From an uncultured Clostridiaceae bacterium (lineage in GTDB: Bacteria; Bacillota; Clostridia; TANB77; CAG-508), in assembly GCA_948469815.1 (NCBI GenBank), contig CAOKMR010000001.1:6710-70709 (forward strand): a stretch of 64,000 bases of DNA, read 5' to 3'. Below, piece after piece: positions 52,045-61,293 of this stretch. A model generated the notes under the pieces. The model did no database searches. It was given only the letters and a program-made list of their open reading frames with translations, and was not told where the DNA came from. A program made the translations under genes and the position numbers. Positions within the stretch are counted from its first letter, which is position 1. The number at the start of each line of letters is the position of its first letter.

Positions 52045-52761
52045 GTGATAAAGATGGTGAACATGTTAATAGCAAATAGAGATATGTTCAAATTAAAAAA
52101 ATTAGTAAATGAAGTTATTACAAAAAATGAAAATATTAGGATAGCAAAAATAGCAAATAATAAAGAAGAAACAATAAAAATCTTAAATAATGATAATATA
52201 GATGTTATTTTACTAGATATAAATATCATTAAGCCTAACGAAAATCTAATATCAAATATGATAAAAAAAGAAAAGCAGGAAAAATATAAAGATTCTATAA
52301 TGTTAATCACAAAAAATTTCAAAGAATCACAAAAAGTAATAGGAAATAAAATGATATTTGATTACTTAATTGAAGAAGAAGATAGCAATGAGATATTATA
52401 TAAAATTAATAGAATGATTATAAGTAAAGATTTAGAAGGAAAACGAAAGAAAATTATTGAAGAGTTAAAATATATAGGCTATAATATAGAACATGTTGGT
52501 ACTAATTACTTAGCAGATGCAATTATTCAAATGTATTTAAATAGAGGAGCTATGTTAGATAATCTTCAAAAAGATGTATATCCAATAATATCAAAAATGC
52601 ACAATAAACCTATACATAATATAAAATGTGATATTACTAGAGCAACAGAATGTATGTATTATGAATGTGATAATGAAAGATTAAAAAAGTATTTTGGATT
52701 TTATGATGATAAGAAGCCAACAGCAAAGACGGTCATTTTTACAATATTGAATAAAATATAA
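52045..52761 (+). CDS. Spo0A-like regulator (atypical receiver plus Spo0A_C-like domain)
   Basis: Receiver-like N-terminus lacking the usual acidic pocket. The C-terminus (…LKYIGYNIEHVGTNYLADAIIQMY…) resembles Spo0A_C. Confidence 0.4.
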   Translation: MIKMVNMLIANRDMFKLKKLVNEVITKNENIRIAKIANNKEETIKILNNDNIDVILLDINIIKPNENLISNMIKKEKQEKYKDSIMLITKNFKESQKVIGNKMIFDYLIEEEDSNEILYKINRMIISKDLEGKRKKIIEELKYIGYNIEHVGTNYLADAIIQMYLNRGAMLDNLQKDVYPIISKMHNKPIHNIKCDITRATECMYYECDNERLKKYFGFYDDKKPTAKTVIFTILNKI

Positions 52762-52802
52762 AAAATATTAAGTTAAATATAGAAAATAAAAAGGAGAAAA
52801 AT

Positions 52803-53861
52803 ATGAAAAAGAAGTTAATTGTAATCATAGTTATAATTTTAATAATAAGTAGTATTATTGGAATAGGAATCATTAAAGGGATAAATGAGGAAAAAGAAGA
52901 TGAATCAAAAAAAGAGATTACTTTTAATCAAGAAAATGAAAAAGTAAAAGACACAAATGCAGAGATAAATGAGTTGCTAGAAAAAAGCGATATTTCTAAT
53001 TATTTACCTAGAGATATATCAGAAATAAAATTAATAAATTACCAAACAGAAGACCAAAAGACAGATATTTATACAGATAGCGATTTAATATTAGAGTTAG
53101 TAAGAATTCTACATAATGTTACATGGACTGAGACAGATGAAAATATAGAATGTTGTTATTTTGGTATTGATATTAAAGGTAAAGATAGTACTACTAGGCT
53201 AGAATTAGAAGCTATACATGTAACCGAAACACAAGAGGAGTTAGGATATATAAAACTAATAAAAGGCAATTTGAAATCTAATTTTACTGTAAATGGTGGA
53301 GCATATTATGAATTATATGGTTTTGAAAAACCAAAGTATTATCTTCATAAAAGTAATTTGGAACTACCTAATAAAGATATATGCTATAAAGCAAAAGAAA
53401 AAGCATTAACAGGTTTAAATGAAAACGAAATAAAAGAACTACAGACAACCATATATGATTATCAATGTATGATGGAGAGTATATTAGGTGAAAGTACAAG
53501 GTTATTAAAAGAGAAAACAAGTTATTATTGGAGACAACAAATTTATGATGAGGTATTTACAGATAATATAACAGGAACAAAAGTGTATAATGGAAATAGG
53601 TTAATAAAAGTATTACAAGAGGTAAAAAAACAGATCGAAATTATAAAGGATGAAGAAACTAAAAGAGATTTAGAGAAATTCTGTAATTTATTGAAAGAAG
53701 GACTTGATGAACATGATATTGAAAAGTGCTTTGAAGCACACGAGATATTACATGATTATAGTATTTGGGTAATAAATTATCCAGTAATGAATCTAATGAT
53801 AGAACCATATGACTGGAGTGCGTTTAAAACATATTTTGGTAAGGCATCTATAATAAAATAA
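52803..53861 (+). CDS. Membrane-anchored hypothetical protein
   Basis: N-terminal TM followed by a 330-aa extracytoplasmic domain. Confidence 0.3.
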   Translation: MKKKLIVIIVIILIISSIIGIGIIKGINEEKEDESKKEITFNQENEKVKDTNAEINELLEKSDISNYLPRDISEIKLINYQTEDQKTDIYTDSDLILELVRILHNVTWTETDENIECCYFGIDIKGKDSTTRLELEAIHVTETQEELGYIKLIKGNLKSNFTVNGGAYYELYGFEKPKYYLHKSNLELPNKDICYKAKEKALTGLNENEIKELQTTIYDYQCMMESILGESTRLLKEKTSYYWRQQIYDEVFTDNITGTKVYNGNRLIKVLQEVKKQIEIIKDEETKRDLEKFCNLLKEGLDEHDIEKCFEAHEILHDYSIWVINYPVMNLMIEPYDWSAFKTYFGKASIIK

Positions 53862-53938
53862 AAGAGAGTATTTCAGTATATTTATACTAAAATACTCATT
53901 TAAATTTGTGCCAAAAATTATAAATTATTTGCTAAAAT

Positions 53939-54517
53939 TTACCAAGAACCATAAAAAGGTATTTTAGAATAACCTGATGCAGATCGAATGCCAGTATCAA
54001 CAAAACCATGCTTAAATCCATCACCAGTAACTCTAACCCAATTACCAGCAGAACTTTGCACATAATCGATAGCTTTACAATATGGTTTATCTTCTCCAAC
54101 AGTCGAACTATTAGTGGCAACAAGACAACCAGCTGCAACATATCCCCAATGGTGTCCTTTAGCTGTTATTACTTCTTTCTTAGAACGCATTTTATATACT
54201 TTATATAGCTCGTCTTTTCCTGTTTCAGGATTTTTAATATTTGCAGTACCATAAGGGAATTCTTCGCAAAATGTAGCAGAATAAGCTTCTCCAGGAATAC
54301 CACCAGGTAGAGGATATCTGTTTATATCGACAGTAGTTCCAGTAAATACTCCAGCAGAATTCAAGTAATTAATACCAACAAAATCTCCATCTCCTCCATA
54401 AAGAACATAAGCTTCTCTAGGGTTTATTTTGCCAACAAGCTTGTAGTTATTCATTGCATCATAAATATTATATGCTTTGTTAGTTTTATTGATAAGTAGT
54501 TTTAAAAAAAATGCCAT
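53939..54517 (-). CDS. Hypothetical protein, paralog of 45544-46071
   Basis: Shared C-terminal motifs with the paralog (see 45544-46071). Confidence 0.3.
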   Translation of the reverse strand: MAFFLKLLINKTNKAYNIYDAMNNYKLVGKINPREAYVLYGGDGDFVGINYLNSAGVFTGTTVDINRYPLPGGIPGEAYSATFCEEFPYGTANIKNPETGKDELYKVYKMRSKKEVITAKGHHWGYVAAGCLVATNSSTVGEDKPYCKAIDYVQSSAGNWVRVTGDGFKHGFVDTGIRSASGYSKIPFYGSW

Positions 54518-54780
54518 ATGGATCCCTCCTTTCTTTTAGATATAATAAAATAATAATACCTTTGTTAAGTAAAAAATTAAAAAGTGGATAAAAAAGGTTT
54601 TATATGGTTGAAGAAAGATAATTATTAAAGACCATATATAAATAACTATAATAATTAAAATATATGAAGTAAATTGGCTTTCAGATATAGTATAAAATAT
54701 AAGAAAATTATAAAAAGATAAAAAAATGAAAATGATTTAGAATAGTTTTATGATTGATTATAAGAGAAAAAATTGAATAA

Positions 54781-54868
54781 CATGATATTTGAAAATGCTT
54801 TGAAGCACATGAAATACTGCATGATTATATGATATACTTTGGTAAGAGATGTATCATAAAATAAAAAG
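54781..54868. repeat. Degenerate duplicate of the 3' end of gene 52803-53861
   Basis: catgatatttgaaaatgctttgaagcacatgaaatactgcatgattat… matches 53713-53760 and …ttggtaag…ataaaataaaag matches 53836-53866. Confidence 0.5.
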
Positions 54869-54949
54869 TATTTTCATACTGTTTGTATGGAAATACTTTT
54901 TAATGCTAATAATTTTTACTTTGCACAGTCAGGAGATTAAATAGTATTT

Positions 54950-55786
54950 TTAGTTTTTATATGTAATTTCTTTTATCTTTTTAACATTATAAATTGCAGA
55001 GGTTTCAGAAATTTCAAAAGAATTTTTTAATACTATATTTGCATATACTTCATGAAGTTCTGTTTTCAAATTATTATTTTTCACTATACTATCTTCAGAT
55101 ATTTCGAGAATTATTGGATATATAAATTTATCATTTTTAAATGATATATAAGTAATTTCTGCAAATAAATAGGTAACATTGAAATCCTCAAGATATGGAG
55201 TTTGGTATCTAATATGTAGATTTGATAATTCTTTTTTATCATTATATTCATTTAAGATAAGTTCTGACAATTCATTTTCTTTTAGTATATATATAGGTGA
55301 ATCGCCATTAATTTTTGCTATGTTAGGAGATGAATTACTAGTAGAATATGAAATTGTACCATTATAAATTAATAAGTCATTTTCTTCTATATCATCAAAT
55401 GATATTGTGCAAGAATTAGTATAACTTAAAATTTCAATATCTAAAGGAGTGTATAGAGTAAGAAAAGTATAGTCAGGGATATCGCAAACAATATGATCAT
55501 TATAAATCATATAGTCATTTTTTATATTTAAAATATTATAATTATATTCTGTGTTACTACCATTATACGATGAAAATATGATTCCTTTAACCTTTTCAGT
55601 ATAGTCTTGAAATGTAATATTTGATATATCTGTATGTGTAGCAACATTATCATTTGGGGTATAATTTGAAGTATCATTAGTATATAAAACGTTATTTAAA
55701 ATTGATTTTAAGGTTACAAAAATACATAATATAATAATGATAAAGATAATAATAATTATTAGTTTTAGTAAATTAAATTTTTTCAT
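54950..55786 (-). CDS. Membrane-anchored hypothetical protein
   Basis: N-terminal TM followed by an Asn/Tyr-rich extracellular domain. Confidence 0.3.
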   Translation of the reverse strand: MKKFNLLKLIIIIIFIIIILCIFVTLKSILNNVLYTNDTSNYTPNDNVATHTDISNITFQDYTEKVKGIIFSSYNGSNTEYNYNILNIKNDYMIYNDHIVCDIPDYTFLTLYTPLDIEILSYTNSCTISFDDIEENDLLIYNGTISYSTSNSSPNIAKINGDSPIYILKENELSELILNEYNDKKELSNLHIRYQTPYLEDFNVTYLFAEITYISFKNDKFIYPIILEISEDSIVKNNNLKTELHEVYANIVLKNSFEISETSAIYNVKKIKEITYKN

Positions 55787-55987
55787 TTTTTCCTCCTATC
55801 ATATATTAGATACAAAATTTTCTATAATAGTTTCATAAATATAAAAAAATAAGTGTATATTCTAAAATAAAATATATAATCCATACTAATTTATCTATAT
55901 TATACATCAAAATCTACCCAATAGGAAGTAATTTTAGTATAAATTCTATTGGGTAGATTATAAAATTAAATATATGCTAAAACCTTA

Positions 55988-57898
55988 TTATAAATAATAA
56001 GCATTGACAGTAGTAGTAATTTTAATTTTTTTATCTGTAACTCTAACATAACCAGTATCAGTTGTTCTAAAAACATCATATGAGATATAATATTCTATAT
56101 TATCATTAATAAATATAGAGTCACTATTTTGTGTGGATGATAAATTATATATTTTACTATCTACATTAGCAACAACATGCCCTTCTGTGCAAATACCATC
56201 TTCAAATGGTTGAGGACTCTTAAACCATACATCAACAATCATGTCATCATATTTTTCACCGTTCTCACCACTTGCTTGAATAGATAAATTTAATTTTCTA
56301 CCTGCATATGTAAGCCTTCTACCAACATTACGTCCAGATTCTAATAAAACAGTTCCGTAGTAATAATCTCTTGGAGATAACTCAGTAACAACAGGAAATT
56401 TATTAGAGAAAATATTTTTATCTATTGTAAAGTTATCATTTATTTTAACATCCGTTTGAAATTGATCAAGATTCCAATTAGTAGGCATTTTAAATCCCAT
56501 ATTGCCTGAATATCCAGAAGAAGAATTGCTAACAAAGCAAGTTGTTGCGTATCCTTTATCCATTACACGTGAACAAACATTTCTAGTTCCATACACACCA
56601 GCTTTGTAATAGGTAGAACCTCCATCAATTGCTTTAAAATAGGGAAGGGCGTATTTTTCTATTTGATTATCAAGCATATCAATATCAACTACAAAATAAA
56701 TTATAGTTCCCTTAGGAATACAATAACTTCTTGCTCTTGAGTATGCTTCTTGAACGTCTTTCCATCCTTGAGACTCTGTAAAGTAGCTTATGCTTGGTTC
56801 ACCATCTCTTTGATATATAGGATAAAATTTTATTCCATTATCTATCATACCTTTAGCTTCATCAAATGCTAACTCTTTTCCTTGATTACCACTGATATAT
56901 CTTCCAACAATAGATACTCCTAAATTTTTCACAATATCTATTCGATTAATTTTACGAATTTCACTATGGATAGTATATGATGTATCGATGGCATTGTAAG
57001 GTCTATCTTGATTACCTGTACTTACTAATAAAGCCATCCAAGTGTTAGTATCGCATATATTTGTTTGCTCTAAAATCATGTCTTTTTGAAACCTTCCTAT
57101 AGTAGAGCCTAAGAATGAATCCCATTTATTAGAATTTATGCCAATATCTATTGGATACCCATTACATACCAATGCATATCTAACAAGTTCTATTGCATCT
57201 TGCTCAGTCTCACTATTAAGACTACCATTACTAGGGACAATAGGTAAACGTGATTTAGTACCATTGCCGAATTTGCCATCTATATTTGAGCCAGTAAATC
57301 CCTCTATCTTTTGAAGCACAGCTATAAGTGATTTATTCATTTCTCTACTATAAATTCCATCGCAAGGTGTTAATCCGATGTAATTTTCATATTTATTATT
57401 AAGTTTTTGTTGAATCTCTCTAATATTACTATTTCCACCACGTACAAGTTTAAATTGATCCATAGAAAGCAATGATTTCATTATATTAAGAGTAACTGTA
57501 GAACTCGTATCTGAGCACCCAGCATCTTTTTTAATGGAAGTAATTGCAGAACCTGTTCCAGAGTAAAAATGATTAGTTATATCATTTGAGCCTATTGAAT
57601 AACCTTTACAGAAACAAGCACCTTGAATAATTCCATATATATTATCTTCTGTTGTATCGTCTGAGGATTGTTGTTGTACACCATTAGGAAATCTTGCTTT
57701 AAATTTTGATGTAGTAGAAGGACCAAAAGAAGTTGATGTAGCTGTAATACCTAATTCTATTTGGAAAGCTCTAAGAAGTGCATGAACTGTACCCCAACCA
57801 GTAATTCCATCAACAACAATATCTTCACCGTATCCTTGTTTACCATGATAAGTTTCGTTAAGCCATTGTTGAGTTTTTTCAACTAATATATCTGCCAT
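55988..57898 (-). CDS. Peptidoglycan hydrolase-like protein: three PG_binding_1 repeats plus a C-terminal glycoside-hydrolase-like (DUF1906/GH25-like) domain
   Basis: Repeats of the …L(N)..Y…DG..G..T..AL..FQ… pattern. C-terminal …VGRYISGNQGKELAFDEAKGMIDNGIKFYPIYQ…. ATG chosen after GAAAGAAGG. No signal peptide. Confidence 0.45.
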   Translation of the reverse strand: MADILVEKTQQWLNETYHGKQGYGEDIVVDGITGWGTVHALLRAFQIELGITATSTSFGPSTTSKFKARFPNGVQQQSSDDTTEDNIYGIIQGACFCKGYSIGSNDITNHFYSGTGSAITSIKKDAGCSDTSSTVTLNIMKSLLSMDQFKLVRGGNSNIREIQQKLNNKYENYIGLTPCDGIYSREMNKSLIAVLQKIEGFTGSNIDGKFGNGTKSRLPIVPSNGSLNSETEQDAIELVRYALVCNGYPIDIGINSNKWDSFLGSTIGRFQKDMILEQTNICDTNTWMALLVSTGNQDRPYNAIDTSYTIHSEIRKINRIDIVKNLGVSIVGRYISGNQGKELAFDEAKGMIDNGIKFYPIYQRDGEPSISYFTESQGWKDVQEAYSRARSYCIPKGTIIYFVVDIDMLDNQIEKYALPYFKAIDGGSTYYKAGVYGTRNVCSRVMDKGYATTCFVSNSSSGYSGNMGFKMPTNWNLDQFQTDVKINDNFTIDKNIFSNKFPVVTELSPRDYYYGTVLLESGRNVGRRLTYAGRKLNLSIQASGENGEKYDDMIVDVWFKSPQPFEDGICTEGHVVANVDSKIYNLSSTQNSDSIFINDNIEYYISYDVFRTTDTGYVRVTDKKIKITTTVNAYYL

Positions 57899-58272
57899 AA
57901 AAAAACCTTCTTTCAATTATTAAATTTTTAAATTCATTATATTTCTGATCAGAATTTTAATAAATATTAATAATATTATAAAGAATGTATTATAACAAGA
58001 TTCAGAAAAAAGATAAATGTGGTGTTTTATTGTTGATAGTTGATTTATTAATAAAATCTAATTATTTAAATATTTAAACTAAAGGATGATGATGTAAAAA
58101 AAGTATTAGCTAGATATAATGGAACAAATAATGATGCTACAGAATATGGTATATCAAACTTTGAACTATATCAGATATTTGAAAAGTATAATAAGTCTAT
58201 TAGAGGGGAATAAATTGACAGTATAGTAATAAAGTAATATAATTCATAAGAGAAAGGTTAGAATGGTGAACC

Positions 58273-58536
58273 ATGTTTATAATGAATGTATGCAAATATA
58301 TATTTATTCCTATAATTATATTTATAATTATAGGAATAGTAGTTAAGAAAAAGCATTTAATAATATTAGGAGTAGTAATTTTAATATTATTAGAATTAAG
58401 TGCCATTGCATTTTTTGGCTACACTCTTTATAAAATGGATGAAGAAGAAAAAAGCAGAAAAGTAGGAAAATATGCTGATATAAAAAGCAATTTCATAACA
58501 GCGACTGTTGACAATATGAATTATAATCTAGAATAG
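58273..58536 (+). CDS. Small membrane protein
   Basis: 87 aa with two TM helices. Confidence 0.25.
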   Translation: MFIMNVCKYIFIPIIIFIIIGIVVKKKHLIILGVVILILLELSAIAFFGYTLYKMDEEEKSRKVGKYADIKSNFITATVDNMNYNLE

Positions 58537-58936
58537 AATGAATAAAGGATACAGAGAGATATTTATATCTAGCTGTATCTTTTATTTTAATGAAATTAGT
58601 AGGTTAATTTTTATAAAAACACTTAAACAAATAAAAAAATAGTGTATGCCGAAAAATTCATATAGGCGAGTTTAATTTAATATACAAGTTGTTTCTTGTT
58701 ATTCTCAATAGGCTTAAAGTAATTATGCACTAATTCATCAGTAAATATATTAAATGATTCTAAATTTCTTTTTTGTTTTGGTGAACCCTTTTTTCTTTTG
58801 TAGGGTTTAATGATTCTACTCATTTTCATCACCTAAGGTGATTATAAATAGATTTATATTAAAAGTCTGAAAAGGACTAATAAGAAGAATTTTAAAGAAT
58901 AAAAAACAAAGAAAGACTAGAAAAGACAATTTTAAT

Positions 58937-59980
58937 CTAATTATTTTTTTCTAGCCACTTTTTAAAGTCTTCCTCAGATAATTTTTTGGCTCTATATGAT
59001 GCAACTATAATTTTACCTAGTCTCTTATATTTTTCAAAATCTGTTACATATTCGTTTATATCTGGATTTCTTCTAGCAAGCATAGCTTTTTGAGAATATA
59101 TTTTATAATACTGTTCTAAAAGTTTATCTTTATTCAAACTCCTTTGAAATACACTTTGTCTTCCAATCTCTCTGCAAGTTTTATTAGAGGATGGAGCTAT
59201 ATTACTACAATACTCTATTTTAGAGTTAGAAGAAATAAAATAGTTATTACAATTTTTACAAACTTTGAAAAATAATTTGTTTTCCACAATATTACAAAGA
59301 ATAAAGTATAATAGAGATTCTATTGAAGGAGGAAGTGAAACTGTAATTTTCTCAATTTTATTTTCTTTATTTGCTAAGATTTTATATAATTCATTTTCCG
59401 ATTTATTTGCTATTGGACAATCATTTACTTTATAAAAAATAACATTTTCCATTTTATTTTCTCTAAGTAAAGGCAAATTTTCATGTACAGTTTGTAATAC
59501 TAAAAACCTATCTAAACTCGTAAAACCTTGATTTTTTCTTTTAGGATTAATAATGCAATAATCCATAATCTCATCTAGTTGTTCTTGAATTCTCTTTAAA
59601 GAAGAACATTTTTTAGAGTATATATTATCTATAAAAATTTGGAAATCTTTTTCATTAAACGATTTAGTATTGAAAATTTTCTTATAGCTAACATCTAATA
59701 TAGCAAAAGAATATTTTAAAAAGAAATCCTTAAATTCATTTATTTTATCAAAGTCAGTATTAATAAAATCTATAAAAAAAGTACCCAATGGTTGAGTAAT
59801 AATTGAATAAGAGTTTTTGAATTCATAATTACAACTTTTTTTTGAAAAAACAAGGGGAAAATAATAGATTATTTCTTGTTTTAATTCTTGATTAATTAAT
59901 ATACCGATATGATTAAAAACTTCTGAAAGATAGTCATAATCTATCATAAAGAACTCCTTTCTGTTAAAAACAGATTTCAA
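58937..59980 (-). CDS. Hypothetical protein
   Basis: 347 aa with two Cys pairs (CKNCNN…C…C). Confidence 0.3.
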   Translation of the reverse strand: MKSVFNRKEFFMIDYDYLSEVFNHIGILINQELKQEIIYYFPLVFSKKSCNYEFKNSYSIITQPLGTFFIDFINTDFDKINEFKDFFLKYSFAILDVSYKKIFNTKSFNEKDFQIFIDNIYSKKCSSLKRIQEQLDEIMDYCIINPKRKNQGFTSLDRFLVLQTVHENLPLLRENKMENVIFYKVNDCPIANKSENELYKILANKENKIEKITVSLPPSIESLLYFILCNIVENKLFFKVCKNCNNYFISSNSKIEYCSNIAPSSNKTCREIGRQSVFQRSLNKDKLLEQYYKIYSQKAMLARRNPDINEYVTDFEKYKRLGKIIVASYRAKKLSEEDFKKWLEKNN

Positions 59981-60266
59981 AGTATTTGTATAAATCTGTT
60001 ATATTCAAATAACTGTCCAATTTATTGACTTTTGATGAAGTGGAAAATATAATGCAGTTATAGTTAAGAACATTGAAATTAAAAAAATGTTTTTAACAAA
60101 TTGATATATAGTATAATTATATATTTTCTACCTCAAAACTCCTTTAAATTATACTATATATCGCTTCAATATGCAATATATAGGGATTTTAAAAGCTCTA
60201 TATAGAAAAACTATGCCCAAAAGGGTGTAAACACTTTTTTAACCAGAAAGGAGGAAATATAGTAAT

Positions 60267-60689
60267 GTGGAAAAAAACAAAGTTATTGAGAGGCTATATT
60301 TTAAAGAAAAGAGAACATTAACAGAAATTGCTGAAGAATTAAAGGTATCAGTTAGTTATATTACAAAAGTACTAAAGAAAAATGAAATGTATAGTGTTGA
60401 AAAAGAAAAGCGAAGAGAGGCAAATCTGGCTAAAAGAAGGTTAAAACAAAAAGAAATTATTTATAATAAAAGAAAACAAAAGAAAAAATCTGACTCATCA
60501 TATCTAGCATTAAAGAGTTCTCATGAACAGGCATCAAAGGAATTATCAAAGAGCAGAACTCTTGGCACAGAAGCATTAAGACAATGGTGCTTAGGTGCAT
60601 ATAAGTATAATCCTGAGAAAAAAAGATATGAGTTTGATGCAGGTACTTCTGTTAGATCAATAGATTTACCACAGTATATAAAAGTATAG
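60267..60689 (+). CDS. Small basic HTH protein (possible excision/recombination directionality or regulatory factor) upstream of serine recombinases
   Basis: HTH-like RTLTEIAEELKVSVSYITKVLKK followed by a very basic K/R stretch. Confidence 0.3.
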   Translation: MEKNKVIERLYFKEKRTLTEIAEELKVSVSYITKVLKKNEMYSVEKEKRREANLAKRRLKQKEIIYNKRKQKKKSDSSYLALKSSHEQASKELSKSRTLGTEALRQWCLGAYKYNPEKKRYEFDAGTSVRSIDLPQYIKV

Positions 60690-60730
60690 AGAAAATAAAA
60701 AAGGCCATAAGGCTTTTTTATTTTGGAAAA

Positions 60731-61018
60731 ATGGAGGAAAAAGTGAATAAAACTGAATGCAAAAAAATTTTAAAAAAAGCATACAAACAAGCAATTGCTC
60801 ACAATAAAAACATTACACCAAGTAGTATAGAAGATGAAATGAAAAATGTTCTGAAAGAACATGGTTTAGAATATATTGCATATTCTAAAATAGCCATAAA
60901 TAATATGAAACATAGTGCAAACGATACGATTACGTTAAAAGATTTACTAGCAGAAATTGATATACTTCCTAGAATATATACTAAAAGATTAGCAATAGAG
61001 AAGTCAAAAAATATTTAA
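60731..61018 (+). CDS. Hypothetical protein
   Basis: 95 aa. Confidence 0.25.
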   Translation: MEEKVNKTECKKILKKAYKQAIAHNKNITPSSIEDEMKNVLKEHGLEYIAYSKIAINNMKHSANDTITLKDLLAEIDILPRIYTKRLAIEKSKNI

Positions 61019-61293
61019 TTTTTTCTCAGATTAATTTTTGTTAATAAATATTACAAATTTATCATACATTTAATTGAGGTGGATGAATTGGAATCAAGAC
61101 CAAAGGAAGACAACAATAAACAAAAATTCAATATATATGTTACTTATGACAAAAATGGAAAAAGATTTCAAGATATAGTTGAAGATATTCTAATAAGAAA
61201 ATTTAATGAAATTTAGAAAAATTTTTCTGAGCTTGATAAGCAAAAATTATTCTGATAATTTTTGCTTATAGGTAATTACAGAAGGGAGGATAA

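Noticed and set aside
58682-58834. 50-aa basic minus-strand ORF (MKMSRIIKPYKRKKGSPKQKRN…) with an AGGTGA RBS in the 400-nt gap before gene 58937-59980
   Set aside because: Too short and featureless to call. It may be a remnant of a transposase or excisionase N-terminus, but there is no supporting repeat or partner ORF.
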